Positions 26,701 through 34,410 of a DNA stretch of 42,860 bases are shown here, in pieces. The stretch is from positions 1-42,860 of the IMG/VR virus record IMGVR_UViG_3300027804_000098. The stretch is one strand, 5' to 3'. The notes below the pieces were generated by a model. The model had not been told where the DNA came from. It made no database searches and saw only the letters and a program-made list of their open reading frames with translations. The stretch is from a virus. Its lineage: Duplodnaviria; Caudoviricetes. Positions within the stretch are counted from its first letter, which is position 1. Every line of letters begins with the position of its first letter. Made by a program: the position numbers and the translations under genes.

Positions 26701-29331
26701 GCAAGACAAGCTGGAACAGTTATGGTAAAAATAATTCCAGCAATATTAAGACTAGCAAAAGGTTTTGGCCCGATAGGCTTAGTAGTAACCGCACTTGGCA
26801 TAGGCTTAAAGATGTATAAGGATTATAAGGACGCTCAGCAAGATGCATCAATGGGTCTTTCTATGACAGCTAAAGCTGCCGAGCAAGCTGGAGTAAAGTA
26901 TTTCAATCTTAAAGAAACCATGCAGGGCTATATAGATAAGGCAAAGCTTGCCGCTGCTGCTGCTAAGGGGTCTGAAGGTAACGCAATTGGAATGCCTGGA
27001 CTACCTAAATCTATAGAAGACCTTAAAAAGGCTAAAGAAGAGGGCAAGGGGCTAAAAGATTTAATTGAATCACTTAATAGATCTGAAAGCACAGATGAAA
27101 CACAAAGATTAATTAATAACCAAAAAGCACAAATGGTTGCTGCTGGAATGAGCATCGAAGAAGCAAATAAGAAGATCTATGGTGCTTTGGCAAATAGTAA
27201 TAAGTCTAAAGAAGTATATCAACTATTAGCAGATAAAGGATTTGCAGCAATTACAGATAAAGCAACAGCAGCAGAATTTGCAGTTGGTAATTTAGTAAAT
27301 ACTTTAAATAGAGGAGATGGAACAGCTGACTGGGGTAAGGAAGTTGGAAATGGATTTGAAGGACTTATAAATGTATTCCAAAATGCTACTTCATCTTTAG
27401 TAGGAACAAAAGATGCTTTAGGAAATGTTATTGACGAGTATCAGGCATATGAAATAGTAATGTCTAAAGCAGAACAGCAGAATCCAGGAATGAATAAAGA
27501 AATTGGAAAAGATGTCTACGATAACTTAACAAAGACACAGCCTCTATTAGCTTCAATTACAAATGAAGCAGATAGCATTAAGGGAATTCTTGCAAAATGG
27601 AAACTATTTACTTCTGGCATTAATATTGATTTAAGTAAGATAGACTCAACGCTAGCAATCAAATTAGCTGGATTTAATTCAGCAGTTGACTCTGGTGTTG
27701 CTGCGTTAACAAAAGCAGCAGATGATAAAACTACATTTGGAACAATGGGTAAGGCTTATAGTGCATTGCAAAAAACAATTGCAGCAACTTCAGCTGCTGC
27801 ACAAAGAGCAAATGCTGCTTCACAAAGAAGTGCCCAAGAAGAGCTAAAGATAATTGCTAAAAAGATTAAGCTTATTGAAGATGAAAAGAATAAAAAGCTA
27901 GAATCCTTAAGAGCAACTCAAGATGCATCAAATTACGCTTTAGAGCTACAAAAGCTTCAGATTGAATATGCTGATGCGGTAGCTCGTGGTGATATGGCAA
28001 CAGCTGCACAAGCAAGATTAGACATAGACCAGCTAACAATGAACAGACAAAGTGATTTGGCTGCGAAAGCAATTGAAGATGCAGCAGCTAGAGAAAAAGC
28101 ACCTTTAGAAAAAGATGCAGAAGCAATACAAAATCGTCAAGACAAAAAGCAGGTTACTTTCCAAAATAATCAGGACAACAGTGCTGTTGCTACTGAAATA
28201 GCAAGCAAGCTTGAAAAGTTCCAGAGTACATTTAATGCTTTAGCAACTAGAGGTACTATGAATGAGTTAGAACCTGACGCTAAAAAGAAAGCCGAAGAAG
28301 AAAAGAAAATTCAATCAGAGTTTATTGCGTTTGTTAAAGAGGTTCAAGATGCTTATGTTAAGGGTGGAAGCACTTTAAAGAAAACGCTTGAGACAGCATT
28401 CCCAGACTACTTTAGTAAAGGCAAGCCAATTCCAGTAGAAACTGTCACTAGAAGATATAATGGCAGCGGCATGGAAACAACAACAACTCCAAATCAAGGA
28501 ATACTTAATTCATTTAAAGACGACATAAAAGCCTTGACAGCACATGCCGAACTTATTACTGGAGGCACTACATTAGAAAAGCTTAGAGCAGATCTAGTGA
28601 AAGCGTTGGGGTATAAGGATAAGCCTGGCGCAGCTAATACTACAAGTGCGCTTCAAAAAAATTCAACCAACGTAGAGGCAAATTTAAAAACTCTTGGAAA
28701 AGTTGGTGGTCTTACAAACAATCAGGTAACAGTTGACCCAACAACTGGTAAGAAAGAAGTATTAACAGCAGGAATATTTGAAACTAGCCTTACAAGCTTT
28801 AAGGGCGGAGGAAAAGATTTAACTGAAGGAAAGATTGTTTCTGTTGGACCAAAGGGAAGCATAGTGGCGGTTATAACAGATGATATAACAAAGCCAAAGA
28901 AAACTGGTCAATTACAAATTGTAGCAATTGATCGAGAACGTGGCCGAGTTCAATTTGCAGTTAAAGCAGCATCTGGTGGTTACGTTAGCGGTCCAGGAAC
29001 ACCTACATCCGATTCAATTCCAGCAATGCTTTCAAATGGTGAATACGTTATTAGTGCAAGGGCAGTACAGGCAGCTGGCGTTCCAATGCTAGATAATATT
29101 AATAAAATGGCTTCTGGAGGAATGGTTAGCTACAATGTTCCTAAGATGTCAAGTGGTGGTAGAGTAAGATTTAGCGAAGGAGGCCTTGCTTCCTCTTCAA
29201 GTTCAATGTATAATATAAATGTACAGCTAAACGGAACTAACTTAACAGCAGACGACGTTGCAGCTTCAATCCACAAGGAAATGAGACTTAGAGAAATGGC
29301 TGCTGGAGTAAATAGAAGGGTTGGTGGATAA
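20710..29331 (+). CDS. Tape measure protein (2873 aa) with internal extra domains
   Basis: TP901-type core (GRQLTVGLTVPL...LNAVENQT...EGANALKSGL), hydrophobic segments, C-terminal GPGTPTSDSIPAMLSNGEYVI; position after the chaperone. Confidence 0.93.
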   Translation: MADEQIVTSIVAKADLSSLVSEVHRASASLQQLQRELLSSNKAISSSTKLANNLFRDTLTGSGQFSSHFVNLNSDVDKFGKNLDAGRLKLKNYFQTFREHATTQKGMIRELAKEQVMLQNSVLQPLGRNAQGLMQYNVMIPRGLDAVKNSAQLARMELQIMNRALSEGAGSLINWGKNTQWAGRQLTVGLTVPLTMFGSAAGKAFREADQELVRLTKVYGGLAATSAADLKAIREEVVQTAKTLSQTMGASFKDTIALGADIAATGKMGNDLLESISETTRLSILGEVDRQDAMKATLSIQTAFKQNTEELTESINFLNAVENQTSTTLADLVEAIPKAGPVIQQLGGDVKDLALYLTAMREGGINASEGANALKSGLASLINPTKQTVGMMSDFGIDVMGMVAKNTGDTTGLLTDLQKALDSLDPLSKARAMEQMFGKFQFARMSALLNNLGKEGSQTLQVMDLMKASTSDLAGIAERELGMITESASGKYRKAMETLKATLAEVGEEFLGVATKIISAASKILNFFTDLPSPIKKALTFMAGFTALVGPLIMLTGVLANFFGYITKGIVQLRSFFMRASGWKMLTPEIIAAQKAAEMVENAFYSDAAAAQVLHNALQKLVLDYQNLQAASMKGAVPVNPGVSTVAGNTVVAAGRRVVDPNDPYVGDPNTRAMSHIRPRDPNNPATIFGGVPGAIPVNRGISRTPQMYMHDRLPNIEGLTSVKKISTGIVSGEAAKFHALMATLGMQTEQEIATLKKTIAMGGTVSRELLDTFDDILPITQRFADSAATQAAAIVQQMRNAEITVEQAKARILALNAQIEADMGSAVTAYAAGRGRRIDLTRAPMMDQPVVDANGQFTLRDLYKKKANASVMEEFGRLRGVRTFGAPYSIQTTRMPRFNDGGGIESFGPGKTIVSGPSSISYDDRLGSVPVGGYVLNQSASMDPANAPLVAMASATYENGGEITAALTPRETVFGPKIQRMPELYAAVDAANSGYNFGGQIMNGITGYGRQTDKTPNGINKAAFKKQYKEYLRFINNPRYEDDLRMRMIMLDASELVEYTGMSPEKAIRAASSNFDLAKASSGGSLEKFIEQRIKQVKGLERRYPALKHPNSEATRTPSSKGLNNNLNKVRDAMMKSPAFKDVWDLIEKVTPTAINPNSKTPLLDRNVRGHLLRHGEIGYATRGHMGVAAVLPHDINSVMAILQKIGISPDVLNLDALSARRSLETALKNVGLSKFATPDDIFTALQDDGLFKSKAQIESGNVVRANKKQRSSLSMLLEAAAERKRWVFRGRPPMPVLLNKGGMIPGGSISSDRFSYGVPPLSPRLEAIRLAQQARYAEKRKADMIKYPWIQEAVAGRNRGSSVSPLLKLLPPEKMLDVLTKAKALSSRSALGSFADTPVTEYGHQISASSGMSYPIPGVSGMYKDAKGKLVFVKGVPNELTAIHEPLGTELSRRLFKLHSPVQRPVTVNNPLDPSKKSKLLALESDYDPRFAKTDVPWDEDTVIRQLANSLLMNNKDLSRSNVYGNFNPDVGQAGVFPKASGNTSLADEMNSMEKQAMINLLAVKGGARKDFARDTAEIVRKMTPKQYGRKMKKTLEQARPELVNFINELPVGLRKPYEAMLKRLDDGIDVDWSKYHSVHSNPKYLNAGGPVGGSIRRGKLSYGRKGNPAARAAQARARAERSASYTPSGGSSYTATGNPQMQVARVPYVGGTGVAGNAYAGIPTASMARTVSTMRLAQFPYMNMPTMPMNIPGIGNTAAITQAFKDVSMAISRGATTLRYGIMTSGTHIKQAYAESAKSMMNTAKAAAMSARAATTSAITATSNWVRTKSKNLQISILREQAAVTARHYPTGGFDPYQRSYFGPGLVSDWKNTGQDGVQKRKVGSLGFRKTEFMVGDQLMTRKQAQAAGISVPGRGPMGMGAQMGLGMAGSMGGMALMSKEKVNIGKYEMSGMSAGMGVMAASSILPFLPYAKMSAGLKSAATGAATLAKGFNAARQAGTVMVKIIPAILRLAKGFGPIGLVVTALGIGLKMYKDYKDAQQDASMGLSMTAKAAEQAGVKYFNLKETMQGYIDKAKLAAAAAKGSEGNAIGMPGLPKSIEDLKKAKEEGKGLKDLIESLNRSESTDETQRLINNQKAQMVAAGMSIEEANKKIYGALANSNKSKEVYQLLADKGFAAITDKATAAEFAVGNLVNTLNRGDGTADWGKEVGNGFEGLINVFQNATSSLVGTKDALGNVIDEYQAYEIVMSKAEQQNPGMNKEIGKDVYDNLTKTQPLLASITNEADSIKGILAKWKLFTSGINIDLSKIDSTLAIKLAGFNSAVDSGVAALTKAADDKTTFGTMGKAYSALQKTIAATSAAAQRANAASQRSAQEELKIIAKKIKLIEDEKNKKLESLRATQDASNYALELQKLQIEYADAVARGDMATAAQARLDIDQLTMNRQSDLAAKAIEDAAAREKAPLEKDAEAIQNRQDKKQVTFQNNQDNSAVATEIASKLEKFQSTFNALATRGTMNELEPDAKKKAEEEKKIQSEFIAFVKEVQDAYVKGGSTLKKTLETAFPDYFSKGKPIPVETVTRRYNGSGMETTTTPNQGILNSFKDDIKALTAHAELITGGTTLEKLRADLVKALGYKDKPGAANTTSALQKNSTNVEANLKTLGKVGGLTNNQVTVDPTTGKKEVLTAGIFETSLTSFKGGGKDLTEGKIVSVGPKGSIVAVITDDITKPKKTGQLQIVAIDRERGRVQFAVKAASGGYVSGPGTPTSDSIPAMLSNGEYVISARAVQAAGVPMLDNINKMASGGMVSYNVPKMSSGGRVRFSEGGLASSSSSMYNINVQLNGTNLTADDVAASIHKEMRLREMAAGVNRRVGG

Positions 29332-29921
29332 TGAGCTTTCAAAATTTATCAAAAGGATCAATCCTATACATCGAGGCATTAGACCCATTTGCAATTGATC
29401 CAGCAACAAATTCATTTAATTACAAGGGAGCAACCGTTGTTGCCCCTGGTAATGCATATTCTGCATCTACAGCAAATACAAACGGATTGTCTTTATCAAA
29501 CGCAAACTCATTAAAATTTAGAAGACTTACAGAACACAATAGAGCACCTCTTTCAATAAATACAGAAAGAATTGAGTCTAGCCAAAGAATGGCAAATGGA
29601 ACACTTAGAAAGTATTTTATTGCAGACAAACTTAATTTAAATGCATCTTGGGAAATGGTTCCTTCATTTAGAAATGAGACTGTTGACGGCGCATGGGCTG
29701 CAGAAGACATAAAAAATTTTTATGAGAGCACAGCTGGCCGTGGTCAATTTAGAGTTAAAATTAATCCAACAGTTTTCTCTACTTCTTTAATAGAAGAGTC
29801 AGATGGAGCATTTGTAGATGACTATACTTACACCATGGTATTTGCTTCATGCGATTTCACTGTTTTGAAAAGAGGCTTGCAACCATTTTGGAGCGTTAAT
29901 ATATCACTGGAGCAGGTATGA
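29331..29921 (+). CDS. Distal tail (Dit)-like protein
   Basis: Directly after the tape measure; RMANGTLRKY...W...WSVNISLEQV. Confidence 0.65.
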   Translation: MSFQNLSKGSILYIEALDPFAIDPATNSFNYKGATVVAPGNAYSASTANTNGLSLSNANSLKFRRLTEHNRAPLSINTERIESSQRMANGTLRKYFIADKLNLNASWEMVPSFRNETVDGAWAAEDIKNFYESTAGRGQFRVKINPTVFSTSLIEESDGAFVDDYTYTMVFASCDFTVLKRGLQPFWSVNISLEQV

Positions 29922-32900
29922 TATCGGTATCTAACTCTACTAAAGATCTGCTTAAAAAAGGATCTTCAATCTCAACTTCGGTTGGCGCTACATTAGAATA
30001 TAACTTAAACTCAATGGTAGAGTATATATCAGCAACATCTTCTGCATTAACAAACACATACACAAATGCTTTTAAGAAGCTGTTTCCAATAGACACAATA
30101 TATAAACCATTTAGACCATTGTCTCCAGGAATTAAGTATTTAGTACATACAACTAATAATACTGATACCCCTGCAGACTCATTTGAAAGACCAAGGGATG
30201 TTAGTATGGGCACAAAGCCTAGACTATACTATCCTGGCCCAGATACTGTTTATAAATACTGGCTTGCACCTAAGAATACAAACATAAACATTTCACTAGA
30301 ATATTTTTCAGATGAAGCAAAGACTACCGCAAAGGTTGTTCCTGCAAACAAGATTGTTGCCAGATTTGAAACTAGCCATGACACTCCTACTTCTTGGACA
30401 ATAAGCGGAGTCAAGCAAGATAATACAACAATAACTGCATCTGGCACATCTCTTAATTCAAGCGGGGAAGCAGTAATCTATTACAATGGAACTACATGGT
30501 CAACAACAGAACCTACTACATATACAACAACACAGTATCTAAAGAAAGTATCTTTAACTGCAGTTAATTCAAATACAGGAAAATTTATAGGAGTTATAGA
30601 GCTTGCACCAAAATGGGTTCTGCCGATAGATTCAGATATAGTAAGTCTGTCTATTAATAAAGAAACTACTGCAGATGACAATTCAATTGTCCCTGTTGGC
30701 TTAATTACAGCAAACTATATGAGTTTAGCATTAATGAAACCTCATACTACATCTAGATCTATTACTGAATATAATATAAAGAACGCTATTGATAACACCA
30801 AGATATACTTATTTAAAAATGTATCTGTAAGGCCACATATAAATATTGGAGATGGTATAACTTCAGAAAAGGTTATTCAGGGAACTTTTTATGTAAACTC
30901 GTGGAGCTTGTCTGAATTTGGTGATGCTTCTATTGAAGCAACTGATGCTGCAAAGATACTCCAGGATACCCTATGCCCTCAGCTATTAGTGCAGGATTCT
31001 CCAGTCACTAGTATTATAAAAAGAATATTAGATTCAGTTGGCTTTTCTACATATAAAATTAATGTTAAAAAGATTAATAACGCTGTAGATGATGACTCTA
31101 TACCATCCCTATCTTTTTGGTGGTCAGATGGAGATAAAACGGTATGGGATGTTCTACAAGAGTTGTGTAGAGATATACAGATGAATGCTTTTGTAGATGA
31201 AAATAATGTATTAAATTTTTATAGTAGAAACGCAATATACGATAATACGATTGAGCCGAAATGGGTATTTACTAGCGAAGAAATAAAGACTGGTTCTGTA
31301 GTAGACTATGCTCCAAATATAGTAAGCTTATCATCTAGAGAAATGTTTTCCGCTAATCAGGTTAGAGTTAGATATAGAACAGCATATGTTGCAACCAATC
31401 AAGAGTCATCTCAACCATTGTGGACATCAGAAACATCTTATCTAGGCGCTGGTGCTTTGACAACAGAAATAAATGATAGCAGCCAAATGTTTCAACTTGA
31501 GCCATCTACAATAAATTCAGCACGTCCAGATAAAGTGCTAGATCAATTTAGTGGATACGTTTTAATAGGTGGGGAAATTATTGAGTACGATGGATTGTGG
31601 TACCAGTATGTGCCAGCATCTGGAGGAACACCACTTCCAGTTTTAGTTAAAAATCAGTCAGATGTTTATAAGTATTCAGCATTATCAAAACCAGGATTTA
31701 AAAATTTTTATCCAACTGGTGAATACAACATAAAAACAAGAGGCGCTTTGACTACACCAAAATCTGATCATAAAAAATCTCCAGACTCTTATATAAATAA
31801 AGCTGGGGAGTCTGATCCAAATAAGTTTAATTTATATAATATTACACTAGCCACACCAGACGTTGCTACTCTAAAGCCTGGTGTAGGATATATTACTTCT
31901 CCAGCAAAATCAACTGGTACAACATCTACAAAGAGCTTCCTTTCAGTTTCAAATCTTGATAAGGATAAGAAAACATTCGATATAGCAGTAAAAAGCTTTG
32001 GTTCTGTTGATACATCAAAAACTTATTTTTCTTGTGGAGCCAGAATGTTTTTTGACAGTCAGCTTAGTTCTCCAGAACAAGTCGGAGGCATTGGATTCTG
32101 TTTAGATCAAACTGGAAAAAATGGATACTATCTGATAGTTAGAACAACAGCATTTGCTGGTCTTCAAAAAGATATAATGCTGGTAAGAGTAAAAGATAAT
32201 AAGCTTACAGTTCTTAAAGATAGCCAGCAGACAACTCCAAAAACTTTATCTGGAATATATGCTGGAAGCTCATACAACATAGACGTACTTGTTAAAAGAG
32301 AGTCAACGGGTTCTGGAACATTTAAAAATACTATCACAGTTTTTATTAATGGGTTTAAGATAACAGCAAGTGATTCTGGATCTGATAGTCCTAGCGGGTA
32401 TGTTGCTCCGATATCAATTACTAAAAATGTAGGGCTTCATTGCGGCCAAGGAGTTGTGTACTTTGAATATGTTTATGCAAAAAGTATAGAAGAGACTGAG
32501 TATAAGAAAAACAGTTTAACTTCACAATATCAGTATAATGGAGTATATTCAGACGACACTGTATCCATGTTGTACGGAGATATAATTTACAATGACGGTA
32601 ACACCTCTGTGGATCAGAGTGGAAGCATGATTGAGTTTGGGACTATTGCAAGAGAAATAAGAAGAGTAAAGGATTCTTATGACGAAGGCAGACCAGGAAT
32701 TCCAATTCAATTCAGAACTGCATTAAATAAATATGCAACTGTATTGGATTCAAGGCTACAGCCTTTTAGCTCAGAAGCTTATGTTTTGAACAATACCTCT
32801 TCATCAATTATTCTTCATGACAATAACTATACAAGTTTCTACTTGTTAGGTAATTCAATCCAGCGTTCTCCTGGAGTTATTGATTACGATACGGATCAAT

Positions 32901-33187
32901 CTGATGACTCAAAACCCAAAGAGTCTGTCATCTTTGACTCCTCTTGGATACAGTCAGAAGAAGATGCCAAATCGCTTGCGGAGTGGATTAAGTCAAATGT
33001 TTTAAATAAGGGCAGCTTTATAGACATAAGAGTATTTGGAAATCCAATATTATCTGCTGGAGATATTATTAGTATAAATTATCCTGTTTTAGGCATGTCC
33101 AGCACTAGCGTTAAGTATATAATAACAAGATGTTCTTTAGACTATTCGGGGGGAGTGAGTACCTCAATTTCGTGTAGAGCTATCTAA
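29918..33187 (+). CDS. Tail tip/baseplate hub protein
   Basis: TVWDVLQEL...FVDENNVLNF...NQVRVRY and C-terminal IQSEEDAKSLAEW...GNPILSAGDII. Confidence 0.75.
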   Translation: MISVSNSTKDLLKKGSSISTSVGATLEYNLNSMVEYISATSSALTNTYTNAFKKLFPIDTIYKPFRPLSPGIKYLVHTTNNTDTPADSFERPRDVSMGTKPRLYYPGPDTVYKYWLAPKNTNINISLEYFSDEAKTTAKVVPANKIVARFETSHDTPTSWTISGVKQDNTTITASGTSLNSSGEAVIYYNGTTWSTTEPTTYTTTQYLKKVSLTAVNSNTGKFIGVIELAPKWVLPIDSDIVSLSINKETTADDNSIVPVGLITANYMSLALMKPHTTSRSITEYNIKNAIDNTKIYLFKNVSVRPHINIGDGITSEKVIQGTFYVNSWSLSEFGDASIEATDAAKILQDTLCPQLLVQDSPVTSIIKRILDSVGFSTYKINVKKINNAVDDDSIPSLSFWWSDGDKTVWDVLQELCRDIQMNAFVDENNVLNFYSRNAIYDNTIEPKWVFTSEEIKTGSVVDYAPNIVSLSSREMFSANQVRVRYRTAYVATNQESSQPLWTSETSYLGAGALTTEINDSSQMFQLEPSTINSARPDKVLDQFSGYVLIGGEIIEYDGLWYQYVPASGGTPLPVLVKNQSDVYKYSALSKPGFKNFYPTGEYNIKTRGALTTPKSDHKKSPDSYINKAGESDPNKFNLYNITLATPDVATLKPGVGYITSPAKSTGTTSTKSFLSVSNLDKDKKTFDIAVKSFGSVDTSKTYFSCGARMFFDSQLSSPEQVGGIGFCLDQTGKNGYYLIVRTTAFAGLQKDIMLVRVKDNKLTVLKDSQQTTPKTLSGIYAGSSYNIDVLVKRESTGSGTFKNTITVFINGFKITASDSGSDSPSGYVAPISITKNVGLHCGQGVVYFEYVYAKSIEETEYKKNSLTSQYQYNGVYSDDTVSMLYGDIIYNDGNTSVDQSGSMIEFGTIAREIRRVKDSYDEGRPGIPIQFRTALNKYATVLDSRLQPFSSEAYVLNNTSSSIILHDNNYTSFYLLGNSIQRSPGVIDYDTDQSDDSKPKESVIFDSSWIQSEEDAKSLAEWIKSNVLNKGSFIDIRVFGNPILSAGDIISINYPVLGMSSTSVKYIITRCSLDYSGGVSTSISCRAI

Positions 33188-33195
33188 TAACGTAA

Positions 33196-33204
33196 TGGTA
33201 TAAT
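33196..33204 (+). promoter_or_regulatory. Extended -10 promoter, probably leaderless
   Basis: TGGTATAAT ends 6 nt before ATG 33211; no Shine-Dalgarno sequence. Confidence 0.6.
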
Positions 33205-33210
33205 AAATAA

Positions 33211-33552
33211 ATGGGAATTCAAGTAGGAAAAACTCCAGTCATCTTTGATGATGACCCACGCCTTGCAGCAGTATGGAAAGGTGAAACCGAAGCCACTATA
33301 GAAATTCCTGGATCGTTTCCGTTTACTGGAGAATCAGGTGCTGGTGGCCCAAATGACCCAGGTGATACAGATGGCAAAGGCAAAAGACCTCAGCTCAACG
33401 ATATAATGCTAAAAGGTTTTGAGCTATACGAAGATGCTTCTGGAATGCAAAGAGCTAGGGCAAAGTTTAGAATTTATAATTCAAGCGAGGAGCAGATAGA
33501 CGGTTTCTTGTACGCAGTAACAATATCAGATGCACAGGGGGGAAGATCATGA
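33211..33552 (+). CDS. Hypothetical tail-region protein
   Basis: 113-aa ORF with an ATGA overlap with the next gene. Confidence 0.65.
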   Translation: MGIQVGKTPVIFDDDPRLAAVWKGETEATIEIPGSFPFTGESGAGGPNDPGDTDGKGKRPQLNDIMLKGFELYEDASGMQRARAKFRIYNSSEEQIDGFLYAVTISDAQGGRS

Positions 33553-34409
33553 TAACTAAGTTTGGTAAAAGATTCTTAGCTAATTTTATTTCAGGGAACT
33601 CTTCATTCTCTTCAAAAGAAATGGCATTGGGTATTTCAACAGGAATAGAGTATCCTCTGGCAGATACAAACTCAAGATTAGGTTTTGAATTTTATAGAGT
33701 TCCAATTAGGCAGGGCGGAATAGATATAGATGCTACTTCTTCACCTACTAAATACACAGTAATCTATTCAGCTACAATACCAACAAACATAGCTGGAAAG
33801 ATTAATGAAATTGGAATATACTCTGGAGAATCTTATTCAAAGAATTTATACCAGAGCAAGTTTATATCCAACTTTGAGCTTCCATATGAATGGAGTCCAG
33901 AGCCAGAATTAGATCAATCTAATTACAGAGTTGGAGATAGCTCTTTGATATTTACATCAAATGGAGCAGCACTAAAAGAATATACATATCAACTAGGAAG
34001 TACTGATCTATCTGGCTACAATCCATCAGACACAATATGTTTTTCATACAAAGCAAATGATGCAAATCTAGCATCATTAAAGGTTAGATTATATAGTTCT
34101 GATTCTGATTATCTTCAATTTACATTTACTGGACATGCTGTAGGATACAATATAAAGTCTTTGCCAATGTCTGCTGGAGTTTCAACAGGAACATTTAACG
34201 CACAAAGCGTTACAAAGCTAGGGATTGTTGTCACGCCCACATCTTCTCAAACATCTGTATCTATGGATGGATTGAGGATTAATGATGAAGACACATTTGA
34301 TCCAAAGTACGGTTTAATAGCCAGGTCTTTACTAGACTCAACAATGATTAAAGTAGTAGGACGAGAAGCAGCAATAGAATTTAAACTAGACCTATCGTTT
34401 GGTGAGTAG
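33549..34409 (+). CDS. Minor tail/baseplate protein
   Basis: MITKFGKRFL...MALG...LGFEFYRVPI...INEIGIY resembles baseplate/fibre-anchor N-termini; beta-sandwich insert. Confidence 0.6.
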   Translation: MITKFGKRFLANFISGNSSFSSKEMALGISTGIEYPLADTNSRLGFEFYRVPIRQGGIDIDATSSPTKYTVIYSATIPTNIAGKINEIGIYSGESYSKNLYQSKFISNFELPYEWSPEPELDQSNYRVGDSSLIFTSNGAALKEYTYQLGSTDLSGYNPSDTICFSYKANDANLASLKVRLYSSDSDYLQFTFTGHAVGYNIKSLPMSAGVSTGTFNAQSVTKLGIVVTPTSSQTSVSMDGLRINDEDTFDPKYGLIARSLLDSTMIKVVGREAAIEFKLDLSFGE

Positions 34410-34410
34410 T

